Shown here one piece after another: positions 12,621-25,105 of a DNA stretch of 64,000 nt (position 1 is its first letter; the number at the start of each line of letters is the position of its first letter). The stretch covers positions 29,194 to 93,193 of the forward strand of contig ADNK01002518.1 in NCBI GenBank assembly GCA_000320545.1, written 5' to 3'. This DNA comes from Bigelowiella natans CCMP2755. Taxonomy: Eukaryota > Protista > Cercozoa. The notes under the pieces were generated by a model. That model was not told where the DNA came from, ran no database searches, and saw only the letters and a program-made list of their open reading frames with translations. The position numbers and the translations under genes are program-made.

Positions 12621-14441
12621 ACCTTCCACCACCACCACTCCACGGTTTCTCTCTCATACCTCTTGACTTTTGCATCGTTGATTGAGAAGTTGAGAGTAGG
12701 CTTGTTCTTGATATTACGTACTTGAGAAGCATATCGTAGCGTCTGTATGCTTTCGTCCTTTTCAAGGAAAGGAGGAGGACAGACAACAACCCATAACAAT
12801 TAATGACTTAACATCAGAAACATTGCTATAACCAGCCTGAAAAAATGGTAAACCCCCCCCCTTTACACAACACCTCTACATTAGAACAGCAGGTAGCATC
12901 ATAAGTAGCATCATTAGCAAGTACCTTATTATCATCTGCAGGGCTTACACAAGCAATTAGAACTGTGCGAGCATTGCCCCCGAGAGAATCCTTGAGGTAA
13001 CATACGGAACTATTCTTCTCAATGAGTACATATCTTAGCATTGATGGTATACCTGTAGCAGTCGGGTGATTATACTATCACGGAAAGGAACATGAGGCTT
13101 TTTCTGGGAAAGAGCAGTGATGACCTATCATGGAAACCAGCAGTAGTAGTTGTAGTAGTAGTATCTTTGTAAATGATAAACTTTCTTCGTATTGATGGTG
13201 CTGTCTAAAATGTTCTCTACTACTAGTGATACGGTGAAGGAATATCAGGATATAGTAGTTTTCTTCTTTGATCGATTCTTGACAATATCATAAAATTTGA
13301 GAAGATGAACCTGACTCAAAGCAAAAAGGCCTTTATTAATTTGGATTCCTTCCTTGACTTGCTGCCCTTCTGCACCAGTTTTCTTCAACCTAATCGGGGG
13401 AGGAGAGAAAGAGAGAGGTTAAATATTAGCGTGACAAGGACATTAATTATCTTTATATTCCCTCCTCCCTATCATTGACTGTTGTTGTTGTTCTTCTTCT
13501 TCTTCTTCTTCTATTATGATGTACATGTAGCCATGCTATCTACTACTACCGCTCACTTCCTGCTAGATCCACAAAGTGGAACTTTGAAGAGAGAATCTAA
13601 CAAGGAGGATCAAAGAGGAGTAAGATAGTGATGCTAAATGATTCTACTAAAAATCTCTTAATAATCTGGATCTTTCTCATAAAATAATCATTAAATCAAA
13701 TATCTTTTATCGATCATCAAAGCAGCAACCTCATCAGCTTCAAACTCATTATCCCCTTGTTCAGCATCATTTTCTTCTTGCTGTTTATTTAAAAGTTGTT
13801 GTTGTTGTTAAGAGTACCGTTATGGCAGTGAATGATAATATTAGTGTACTACTACTACTACTACTACTACTACTCTACTACTTCAAGAACAACGTTTGAT
13901 GATGAAGCTTTGCTCTCATCGTGATAATAATCATCATTATGATGGTGATAATGATTATGATGTTGATCATACTTTTGGCTTTTGAGTCAGCCATAAGGTG
14001 AAGATTGCATGAGATCGAGAACTTTCCTTGTTCCTGCATAATAATGATAATGATGATGATGATGATAATAATTAAAAAGAAGAAGGAGGACAAGGAGATC
14101 AAGCACTCAAATAATCTCATATATATATGATTTATTTATTGTTACATTTTTGTAGATCCAGTCGCCCTCGAATGACTGCCTTCTTCCAGGCATTTCATCA
14201 CCTGGTAGGTAGGATGATGATGATGAAGCCTTATCTTGAACATTTATTACTTTTCTCTATATGCAAAACTAGATATAATACATATAAACTATTTCTATGT
14301 ACATATATAACCTCCTCAGGAGACTTGACCGTCCTCTTGTGAGCACACCGTATGTGCTCAATTGCTTCGGATTTATGCAATAGGTCTTGTATTTGCTCGT
14401 TGTATATTTCAACAAATGTAGCCTGGAGTTCGCATGTCCTG

Positions 14442-14479
<38 letters not shown>

Positions 14480-14964
14480 TTTGAGTACTATAGTCATCAC
14501 CTCTCTATTTCAACAATCGATATTTTAACTTGTAATTTTTATGGTTTTGATGATTTCATGCTTTAAATGGGTGTACGTGAGAAAATAATGTCAATAATTG
14601 TCCATCATTTGGTTCTTCTTCTTCTTCTTGTTCTTGTTGTTCTTCTCCTACTATTACTTGTTGAGCTTGTTGGTCACAGTATCGAATACTTCTTGACAAG
14701 CTTTAGGAATCACGCCATTACTACTTGAGCTGGCTGATGTTCCTTAGAATTTCAACATATACGAATAAACTTAGATCATCACCAAATGCTTATGTAATAA
14801 TAGCAAGCTCTTAAGCTACTACTACTACTACTACTACTACCCATCGTGTAAGTCTTTCCTGAGCCAGTCTGTCCATATGCAATGATTGTTCCGTTGTATC
14901 TGCGTTGTTATTAGATTTATGATGATACGATGAGGAGATGATGCAATCAGGTAGCTTGCTGTTG

Positions 14965-15010
<46 letters not shown>

Positions 15011-15615
15011 GGAACTAATATCTTAATAGCTAATCTTAATTAATATATGATACTCACCCCTCTAAAAAGCTTTTGACGACAGGAGATGCTTGGCGGTATA
15101 CGTCTTCTTGACGTGCCTTCTCAGCGAAAACTCCGTCATATGTGAACGATTTGCTATCGATTGCAACCTTTTTTGGTTTTAACATCATGGGTGATATTCT
15201 TGCTCGAACGTTATCCTTACAACACAATCTGCAGATTGTAACTGACAACCGCTAGTAGTGACAATAACAATAATAATACTAATAATTATATCAATACCGA
15301 TTTATCAGAAGATTGCACCACACTCCTCGCTCCTCGGTCTACTTCAAACTATAACATAGAAACAACATACGAACACTCATCAGAAAATTAGTGCACTATT
15401 TTCCATACTTCTCGGTCTATTTTAAACTAAATGATGATGATGATGATGATGATGGTCATTAACAATTAACAACAACATGAGTGTAAGCACCTCCTCCTCC
15501 TTGCTTCATAAATAAGGACAAGATATAGCATAAGTAGTAGTACCTTGAGTAGCGGCCGGATTCGAATAACTGCCTGAATGCAAGTGTTGTCCTCCTTTTC
15601 GTTTTCTTCTACCAT
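10577..15615 (-). CDS. Kinesin motor protein (kinesin-4/KIF4-KIF21-like) with coiled-coil tail, multi-exon
   Basis: ATG at 15615 (MVEENEK..VIRIRPL). P-loop GQTGSGKTYTMG (~14841-14880), SSRSHAIFTL (~14000-14025), FHFVDLAGSER (~13550-13585), HVPFRDS, DSLGGNARTVLIACVSP, TLRYASQVRNIKNKP. Long coiled-coil exon 12114-10672. Confidence 0.93.
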
Positions 15616-16149
15616 GGTTGTTATCGTCGTCCCGTTGTTCTGTTCTGAGATATGTACCGCAAACATATCAATGATGAGAAAAAGAAGAAGAAGAAGAAGA
15701 AGAAAAAGACCAAAACGACGAGGAGGAGGAAGAGGAGGAGGAAGCAGAAATTGAAGACCAACCTTCCAAATATATCTAATATTTACAAAATCTTTCAATG
15801 TTCGAGTGAAAATGCCATAAGGTGAAGAAGGGTACAGAGAAGAGGGGGGGGGTGGGACCCTGTTCAGAGGGAAAGCACGATGATGATTTTTTTGCTGCTG
15901 TATGCGAAAAATAAATCGGCAGCCTCATTGGCGCGCTTTTTACCTATATATGTCTTGTCGCAAGTATAGAATAACTTGGATTTCAATTTTCATTACGGTA
16001 GTACCATCGTTGTACACGTTTTGAAAAAGGACTAGCCGTTGACAAACAGCACAAGTTATCCACAGCTTACGACATGGTCACTGGGTGGTCGCATGCTTAA
16101 AAACCCAATATTTTACTAACGTGTTTTTATTGGGGAAGTATTTGCTTGT

Positions 16150-17120
16150 CGCAATGGATGAAATTCATGCAACAGCACATCAAAATACTGGTGCCTGTGA
16201 AAACACTTTCCCTTAGGGGACATGGAGGATGACGTGGTGGATGAGCAGCACGTCTGATGATCTGATGATCCTTTCGAATCAAGCATTGGAACTACTTCAT
16301 TGATTCATTCTTCGCATCTTCACCGTCAGCAGCGCAACGTGTTGTCTGTGCATGTGTTGAGTGGCAACAATGTTTCAGTGTTTCAATGCAAACCTCGGTT
16401 GAAACACTTTTTCATCTTTTTCATCTTCTTCTTTCATCGACATCCTCATCATCTTCTTCTTCTGGCTTTTTTTTCTTTCCATCTTGAACTTCTGATGATC
16501 CTTTCAGCAGCAGCATCATCGGAATTGCTTCACTCATTTCCAGATTTGTCCATTCATTCAAGACACCAATCCTTCTCTTCCTTGGTGGTCTTGCTAGCTT
16601 GCTCTTTGGAAGGAAGTGGATGAGTCAGCACTCTGACACACGATCGATTTCCAGATCTACGCATCATTGAAGCAACGTCGTTCATTCATTCATCCATTCC
16701 CAGGTTCATTCATCTAGTCATCTAGAGAGGGCGGGAGGGACATCACCGCTAGACTGGTCCACGTGCAACAAATTGAAGATGGGGCCCTGATTTGTGTGTG
16801 TGTACGCCGAACTCGAAGATTGCTAGATTGATCAATCGAAGGTTCAAAAGTGTTCTCTAGTTCTTGCAGTCATGGCGTGCGTGTGTGGACTGTGCAGCAG
16901 CTGCAATGTTCGTTCACGTGCGCACGTTCGTTCGATTCGTGCGCGTGTGTGCGTTCATGAGCACGACTAGATGAGTGCAGTGTAAATGCAGCCACCCTGC
17001 CAGCCTGGAGGCGCGCGTTGCGCCATGCAAACTCGCTGTGTCTGCATCGTCTAGCATTGCTTGCTTTGATGCATTGATTGCATTGATGCGATGCTAGGAT
17101 CGACTCTAGTGCGCGCTAGA
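16150..17120. repeat. TpA-depleted degenerate repeat/relic tract
   Basis: Manual count: no TA in 16295-16594, and 14 TA in 16301-17120, 11 of them in CTAG. Internal duplication of tctgatgatcctttc at 16261 and 16491. Confidence 0.6.
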
Positions 17121-17275
17121 TTTACCATAGTTTAGCTGCTGAAACACACACACATACACACACATTCACTGATCTAATGATGGTGGCATCGTGCGTGCTA
17201 TCACATCTGCACTACTCGTCGAATTGATATAACAAAAGGACACATTGCATTCAAAATGTCGTTCTGCCCCATTTG

Positions 17276-19101
17276 TCATTTTCCCTTTGACATTTCTCGC
17301 AGAAGGGCAGCCTTTTCTATGTATCGACTTTTGTATTCGGTGCTCCGGTGAAAATCGTCCAACAGCATTGCCTGTGCATGAACAATGCTCAAAATGTACA
17401 CAACAACATGGCATTACGATTTAACAAACCTGTAGCCAATCTGCCTTTCGTCGTTCCACCAGATTGCATCCTACATGATCAAATGTCCCGAGTAGGAGTT
17501 CCTCACCTTTTTTCATTCCAAACATGTCGCTCACACATTTAGTCGAATATTTACTCGCATCTGCCCATTCAGACTCGTTTTCAACAAGTCTCGCTGCTGA
17601 TTTTGCAAAATCGATTAGATTATTGGCAACTATCCCTCCAAATTTGACTTTCTCTCCACGAGATGTGGTGGCTGTCGTCTCCCATTGTTCAGGAAGCATG
17701 CCTTCTGCGCCAATGGGCGTGGTAACGACAGGAGTTCCAACGCTCCAAGAGTCAGCAATTTTTCCTTTTATTCCCGCTCCGAACCTCAAAGGAGCCAGAA
17801 GGCAGCGATGACTACCCAATGTCGAATATTGGCATTTCGCGGGGCCCTTATTATATAAAAATGGTTGTTGGTTTCCAAGTGAAAGGGCAAAGCAGGGTGA
17901 GTTGGAGCACCTCAACAAAGAAATTTTCTTTCGCGTTTGTAAGATTCATCATCGAAGCTGGGGGAAATGCACCATAAACTCGTAGACTATGTTTCTTGGG
18001 ATTTTTCAGCTCCGATTGAATTGCAGGCCAAATTTCTTCCTTCAGCCAACGCACACTATCCGCATTTGGGGGATGTCGAAAATTTCCGATGCTAACAAAG
18101 TCAGAACTGCGCATGCTCAAGTTACCATCATTCAGAATATTCTTATCTGAATAGAAAAAAGGTGCCAGTGCTAAGCGATCGAATGCAATACCGAACCTCT
18201 CCTTTAGCAACATTCTCTCGAAAGGGGACACAAGTAAGGTTAGATCGCTCCTAAGAATACTTGCTAATTCCCTTGTCAACCGTTCTTCTCTGATATCTAG
18301 CATTTTCGCTGTTTTCTTCACGGAGGTAGACTTCCAGAAGAAGTCAGATCTTCCCGTGGCGGTGGAAGATAGGAGTTTTTCAACGTGAGTTTGCCGCTGA
18401 TTCCTCAGAAAGTGAAGATCCTGTGTATCGAGAACACGCATGCACGATGGAACTTCCTTTGCCACCCGCCAACCAAACATTTCCTCCTGATGCATAAGGA
18501 GGATTCTATTTTAACATTAATCAAAAGCTTCATGGTTTTCTTGCGTCTAAATGATATTGTTATGAGAACCAACCATCGTGAATCGATCAAATATGGTCAT
18601 GTCTGGCTGGAGATCTCGAACAAGGGAATCAAACTTTGGATCGTTAGGTTGTACAGCTTCAGTATTTACATTTGCAGCCCGCAATGCATCTACAGCCCCT
18701 CTTACGTCACGCGCTGGTGAGGCAAGAGTAACTGTTAGTTCTGGGACACGTGATAACATTTCAATGAGGCTCCAGGTCCGCAAGGCGGCTGCGGTTGTAG
18801 TTTTCTCTGGCCAAACTGCAAAATACAAAGTGCGAATGAAGTGGGGGATGCTGCCAATAGATACTAGTAAGATGTTTCTAAAATTATTCAGATAACCTGG
18901 AGTAATGATGAGTATTCGACGACCTTTTAGCCATCGTTCCGACTGGCCTGCTGCTGGAGATTGCGCGGTTGACGTTCCGCTACATTGAACGAATAAACGC
19001 TTTTTGCTGCGAGCATCTCTTGCCAACTGTAAAAAAGGAGAACCAGCTAGTCTATTCATCGTGCGATATTGCCCGATCCGTTTAACATGATACGGTATCA
19101 T
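17276..19101 (-). CDS. GT4-fold glycosyltransferase (Glyco_trans_1_4-like, bacterial type) with an N-terminal extension
   Basis: Spliced motifs WPEKTTTAAALR, IFDRFTM-EEMFGWRV, LDTQDLHFLR, RELASILRSDLTL, IGNFRHPPNADSV, LAPLRFGAGIKGKI..GTPVVTTPIGAEGM, ending STEYKSRYIEK...KGK*. Confidence 0.85.
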
Positions 19102-20211
19102 AGTTCTCGTCGCAGTATTCTTGTCTGTAAGCCACTCCTTTTTGACTAAATTGCTACAATACTGCGTGTTACCTCGTTGGATCAAACCAATAAATAGCAC
19201 GCAACTAATAAAGCTGAATATGAGCAAAGATATCTGCTTTTTCAACTTGTGCTCTATCATAGACCATTCAAAGGGACCTAAATGATTCGGAATGGCGAGG
19301 CTACCCAGAGTGTTTGCGGTTTGTACGTGTGTGTTGAAAAAGCACAAGCCTGCAAACGTTGAACAAATATTGCAGGGTGAGCACGGTATCAGTTAAGTGG
19401 ACTGTAGAGGTGATTATAACAGTAGATCGACCAATCGATTCACAACCGATGATTCGTATTTCGTTCTGTTTTATAATGTTGTTTACTGTTCTGCAACAGT
19501 GGGTGTTACAAAGAGCCGTCACATCACCCATGATTTTTGTTCGCTAACTTTTGATATTACTATGTTAAAATTATCATCCCAAGGAGGATTTATTGAAATA
19601 AATGATGGTACGATACGCGTTCTCTGGAGTCGTTCGGCATACACAAGGACTCGCTCTCGAGAGTAGGGTAGGGTAGGGAGGGTGGAAATGGATCTACCGG
19701 TAATGCTGTGCTCGTTGGAGTCGCAGAGACAAAATACGACGAAGAAGTGATGTCGTAGAGGAAAAATACCAACCAACTATTCGCACACATTTCCACCAAG
19801 ATCGATGTCGTAGAGGCGAAATAGCGAACAGCTTACTTGATTAAGGTAATCATCTATGTGGTAGTATATGTAGGCCAACTCGTGCAGCATGTGCTTCAAG
19901 CTGCACACTTCCGACATTGCAACATTACTACTTTGCGACAAAGAAAATAGCGTTCTTAGAAAAGAAATGGAAGGTGATTTTGCGATCGTCGTGATCTTTT
20001 GTTGTTGTTGTTATTGCTGACCATGTTCTCGTTCTTCGTTAACAAGCTGCCTTCCTTTCTTCCTTCCTCCTCCTGCTAAGAAGGTGCAATACGATGAGAA
20101 GACGAACACCTACGAGGAGCAGTTCGTTCCTTGCTTGGTGATGACAGTGGTGGCTTGAGCAATCGATGATTCGAATAAGAACAAGGAAAGAAGGAAAAAA
20201 ATAAGAATAAC

Positions 20212-21822
20212 ATGGAAGATTTTCATTGTCCCATCACAAAGCATCTTATGATAGAGCCATCTGTTAACGAAGCTGGGGAAACATACGAATTGCAGGCCAT
20301 CGAAATGTGGTATTTCAGATGTGCTTTACTTCAGAGAAATAATACGTGAAGATTACGTGTTGCGCGGTACATGAAGATCCCTCGTTCCTATTTGTAGGTA
20401 CTCAAGAGGAAACTATGTAGATCCCAAGACTGGCATCAAGGTGAAGGACACTCGACTGTACCCGAACATACTGGTGAAACGTTTAATTCTCAAACAAATG
20501 AAAAATGATATGGACAAGTCTATAAATAATCCAAGTATTCTCCTGGCACATCATTTGCTCCTAAAAGCAGTCAAACGGCGAGAAGTAGAACTTGACATTG
20601 AATCATTCGGAAACTTCTTGAGCCTGTCGGAAATTCTTGGGGATACCAAAGATGATGGCGAGGAAGTGAAAAATGAAGAAAGAAAAGCTAAGTTTACGAA
20701 AAAGGATGAGTGGGAACAAATTGAAGAAGAAGCATTCGCAACATATTTTGGTGTAGACTTCCACATTATGGACCAAGTAAATGGTAAAGCTCTTATACAG
20801 AAAGCTGCTAAGGCGGGGAGTGACTGCGCTATGGGAAAGTGCTATCAAGAGGGTTGGGGCGTCAAACTGGACACTAAGCTTGCAATCGAATTCTACCATA
20901 AAAGTGCAGGTGCTGGCAGCTCTCATGGAATGTGTCGTCTCGGTAAATCTTTCCAGACAGGGTATGGGGTCACAAAGGATTACTCCACAGCGGTTGAGAT
21001 TTTCCGGCGAGCAGCACGCAGGGGCAATAGCAATGCAATTTATAATCTCGGTATCTGCTACGACGAAGGCTATGGCGTGGAGAAAAGCACAAAGGTATTA
21101 CAACAAAAGGTTGCGTAGTGAATTAAATGTCTGAAAAACATCTACACTTGGTGCCAGATCGCATTGAGTCTCTATCATGAAGCAGCGATAAGGGGCAATA
21201 GTCATGCTGAGACTAACTTAGGATTTGCTTACATGCATGGTAATAACCAGTTTTAAATCATATATATAAAGAACAATGATAGCGATTTCTGAGGAAAGCT
21301 ATTTTTTCTACAATTCTCGAGGCAATGGTGTTCAGCTGAGTCAGGCAAAAGCAGCTCGTTGCTATTTTAGAGCATCACAGCAAGAAAATAGTGTAGCTTT
21401 AAGGTGATCGATACTTCCAATACCAAGGTAGTCTCACCACACAAACGCATAAAAACTCAGCAACCTCGGATTATGCTACCAGCATGGGAAGGGAGTGGCG
21501 AAGAATATAGCCAAGGCAATTGGATTATACAAACGAAGCGCAGAGCTGGGGCATAAGGGGGCAATGAACAATTTAGGTAGAAATACTCAACGGGGAAAGA
21601 CTGCCGTTTCTAGAAATCAGATTTGGATATTGTGCTGCTCTAGGTTACTGTCATGAAAATGGAATCGGCGTTGCTCAGAACATGAATGAGGCACTGAAAT
21701 GGTACAAGGAAGCTGCAAAGTTGCAGAGTGCTAAAGCACGTAAAAATATAGAAAATTTAATAAAGAAGTTTCCGGATCTTAAGAAAGTGGAGGTGAGGAA
21801 AAATAGTGGTGTGTTGGCATAG
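20212..21822 (+). CDS. U-box domain plus Sel1-like repeat protein
   Basis: MEDFHCPITKHLMIEPSVNEAGETYELQAIEMW..DPKTG..LYPNILVK is a U-box. Multiple Sel1 repeats follow (NLGICYDEGYGV, NLGLCYQHGKGV, NLGYCHENGIGV). GT-AG introns. Confidence 0.88.
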
Positions 21823-22440
21823 TTTTATTTTCACTTGTGTTTCCATCTATAATGATATTAAGAGTTGAAAACCAAGGAGATAAGTCAGCCATTACATCCG
21901 ATTGATACCAATGTATACACAATCTAGAATAATTCATTGAGACGTGCAACAATGATGCCATCTGTGAATCTAACCATGGGCCTTATTCGCCCAAAAATTA
22001 GCTATCAAGCTGATCGATGCTTGCTACTTAGTTCCACCAACATCATCGTTATCATCAACGTCGCAACGATACATCACGAAACTCGTGCTTTGAACATCTC
22101 TAGATCTAGCTGCAACTTCTGTCCCTTCATGTTATCGTGCGCATTTTCTTCTCATTCGGTAGAACTAGAGCAGTGCGGTTGGTGCTGCTGCATTCATTGG
22201 AAATGTGGCCATGCACCGAGCTCATTCTGAATGATGTTGGCTAGTTGGCCTCTCTGGCTCTAATTGAGTTTTTTCATTCCATCTCACCACAGACCAGTCA
22301 ATACGACGTGACACGTGCATGCTTGTGTTCACATCCGCCCGCATGCCTCATAGCCTAGCTAGCTGGACAGCATGATGCAAGTACGTCTAGACGTGCGCGC
22401 GTGCACGCATGCGCTTGCAGCTTGCTAGCTTGTCCAAGTG

Positions 22441-23128
22441 TGTCAAACATGAAAAAAAATTGACTCATTGCGTGGTTTGCCATTCCAACATTGGACGAGT
22501 TGCCTGTCATTTGCTCGCGTTCCAGCGTTCCAGCCCAACAGCAGCGCAACATGGTCCGACGCGTTTGTCCGGTTTCAGAGTTGTCCAGTTGCATCGTTGT
22601 GTCCTTCAGTCCTGTCTAGCTGTGCATGTGCAGAGCTAGAGAGTGCAACAGTGAAGCTTGCCAATTGCATCTCAGTTCCAGTTGGTTGATGGGCTTTGCT
22701 AGCTTTGGCTGAACGCAGTTCCAAACAAGCGAAAGATGTCCACGTGCTGTTGCAGGGGACGACGAGCGAGTGAGTGAACGAACGAATGAAGTGATTCCAA
22801 TGCTGGAATGTGCAGCTGGAAGGATCGCATGAGTGCCACCCCACCCACTTCCTCTCCAAACATCAAGACCTTGGGAACGAATGAGCAATTGAACGAAGTG
22901 ATTCCAATGAACGAGTGAACGAGTGTGAGTGAACAAAGAGACTGGACCTGAAAGAACCATGCACTGGACGTGCCGCAACTCATCCACTCCCTCCTCAGTC
23001 AACTCATCAATCATTGAAATTTGAGAGTTCGTTCCGCCGGCCACGAGCAGTCAGACAGATGACCTGCATGGACAGGGTTCACGCTGTCAACGCGAGGACA
23101 AACCCGAAGCCGACAAGCGTCGCACGTT
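22441..23128. repeat. TpA-free degenerate repeat tract including apparently converted (TAAA/TAAG)n microsatellites
   Basis: cgagcgagtgagtgaacgaacgaatgaa (22763-22790) and a similar block near 22878-22934. gaagtgattccaatg is duplicated. The only TA present are in CTAG. Confidence 0.6.
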
Positions 23129-23129
23129 C

Positions 23130-23608
23130 CGAAACAATGAAACAATGAAACAATGATGAAAAACCACATTTCCAAAGTGTTGCAAGACACTTGCAGTGTG
23201 CAAAATGCAGTGCCTCGAACTGGTTTCAGTGAGGACTGTGACTAGCAAATCAACTAGCTGGTTTGCCAAAATGGCATGACTTGGTCATTGAGAAGCAATG
23301 ACACTAGCAGCAAAATTCTGACGGCGCAAGACCTCCACTCTGAGCAAAAACTTCCTGAAGGCCATGTCCACACGACGATCTACGATTGGATCATCTGAGG
23401 GGGGCCCCAGCAGAATTTTGGTTTTGGAGGAGTCTGGAGCGTCAAAGAATGAAGAGTGGAGGGAAGAAGCTGAACCCAGAGCTGATCTCATGTGCGAGAG
23501 AAGCTTGCATCTCTCTGCATTCAAGTGAGTGCAATGATGGATGAGGTGGTTGACACTTTGAACAACTTCAGCATTGCAAAGAGGACACACCGAGAAAGAG
23601 GGGGGCAA
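23130..23608 (-). mobile_element. 5'-truncated non-LTR retrotransposon 3' end (CCHC zinc knuckle, 3' UTR, tandem-repeat tail)
   Basis: ORF with CPLC-x8-HLIHHC, typical of the LINE ORF2 C-terminus. Stop, then ~130-nt UTR, then (tcattgtt)x3 tail. Second related copy at 900-1385. Confidence 0.8.
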
Positions 23609-23781
23609 ATCCGATGATGAATGGGGCGGTCATGAAGGGTCACGTGATCTTGCTTCTGAATTTACGAGTACGTAGCATCGATGATTAGAAGTCATTGGTT
23701 TAAAAATTGTACATCTTCACAACCAATCAAACTAGACACTTTTTACAAGATGTTTTGACAATTTGGATTGACATATGCAGT

Positions 23782-23816
<35 letters not shown>

Positions 23817-23893
23817 AAAGAAGAAGTACGAGGAGAGAGAAGTATCCCCCCCGTCTGATTCACCGCCTAACGTGCTCACAAAAAGAAGCTTTC

Positions 23894-25051
23894 ATGGCTC
23901 ATCCCAGCACACGGCTTTGGTCTCGGGATCCAATAATTGAGGTTGGTGCCCTGCATGCATAATTTCCATGGTATTTCGTGTTGGGCTTTTTTGAATAAAC
24001 ATCATTATCATTATCATCATCAAGGACATTGTTCGATGAGGACTGAGAATGGGCGAATTTTTTTCCATAATGATGGTGATGTTAGGAACTAAAGAGAAGA
24101 GTGTCGTTCTCTCTGGCAGAAGTCGTAGTTTCATACTTGCGCGAGAAGCCGCCTTCATCTTCAGGCGGCTGCTTTACCGGTCGGTATGATGTCGTCATTG
24201 TCGGAGCTGGTGTAGCAGGTAGTGAGTAACTTGCAGTAGCAGCAACATGTTCCGAATTCAAACAATACGCTTGATATTATTTATATGTAAGGCCTGTCTG
24301 CGGCTCGTCAATTGTGTGCGGAGGGAGAGGGAGAGGGGAGCAATAACAACAAGAATAGCATTGTTATACTCGAAGCTCGATCACGGATAGGAGGACGGGT
24401 ACATACAGAGACGTTTCCGAGTCGGTAATACGTGCTTTCCCTGCAGCTACGTACATGTTGTGGTGTAGGGGTAGAAGTAGGAGTGTACAAATGCTAATAT
24501 CAGTCATAGTGATGGAAATTGTTAGTAGTTTGTAGTATATTGTTATCGTTACTGTTATCCCTCCGAGGGTGTAGCTAATTTAAACAACGAACCACCAACT
24601 GCCGTTATTTTATACTTAATGCTGCACAGAGGTGAGGGAATTGGGAGCGTCGATGTGGATCTCGGGGCAAATTATATCCATGCATGTACTAAGGTCATTT
24701 CTGCTCTTGTTCCAAAGATTTGTACTAGACCGTTAGTTGTTGTGAAGGCTGCTTTTTCCCTAAGTCATTTTTCCTCACCAATATTGCCACTACTTTCATC
24801 TATGAAGAATATAAATAATAACCACAGGATCAGCCTGTCTTCCAATTGGCAGTAAAACATAAAATTCAGACTGCAGTGGTAGCTGGTGGCCGGGTAGTAG
24901 TAGTAGTAGTAGTAATCATATTTGTTCATAATAACCCTATGATGATGATGGTGATGATTCTCCTTCTTTTTTTGGCGGCTAAGTCGTTCGTTATGACAAA
25001 AAATGTTTCTTCCTTGCAACCATCATCTACTTGTATTATTGTCGTTGTGGG

Positions 25052-25105
<54 letters not shown>

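Noticed and set aside
19101-19347. N-terminal extension of ORF 18547-19347 as part of the glycosyltransferase
   Set aside because: It depends on a non-ATG start in the ORF track and shows no family similarity. It is probably 5' UTR or promoter.
19750-19826. Duplicated gatgtcgtagagg..aaata motif in a divergent promoter
   Set aside because: Only two short imperfect copies, with no supporting structure.
23131-23160. Short direct repeats as a possible CRISPR array
   Set aside because: These are 8-nt tandem units with no spacers, in a eukaryotic context with no cas genes. They are better explained as a retroelement tail.
22441-23660. CpG deamination or classical RIP as the cause of the TG/CA excess
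   Set aside because: CpG is abundant in the tracts and TpA is the missing dinucleotide. RIP would increase TpA.
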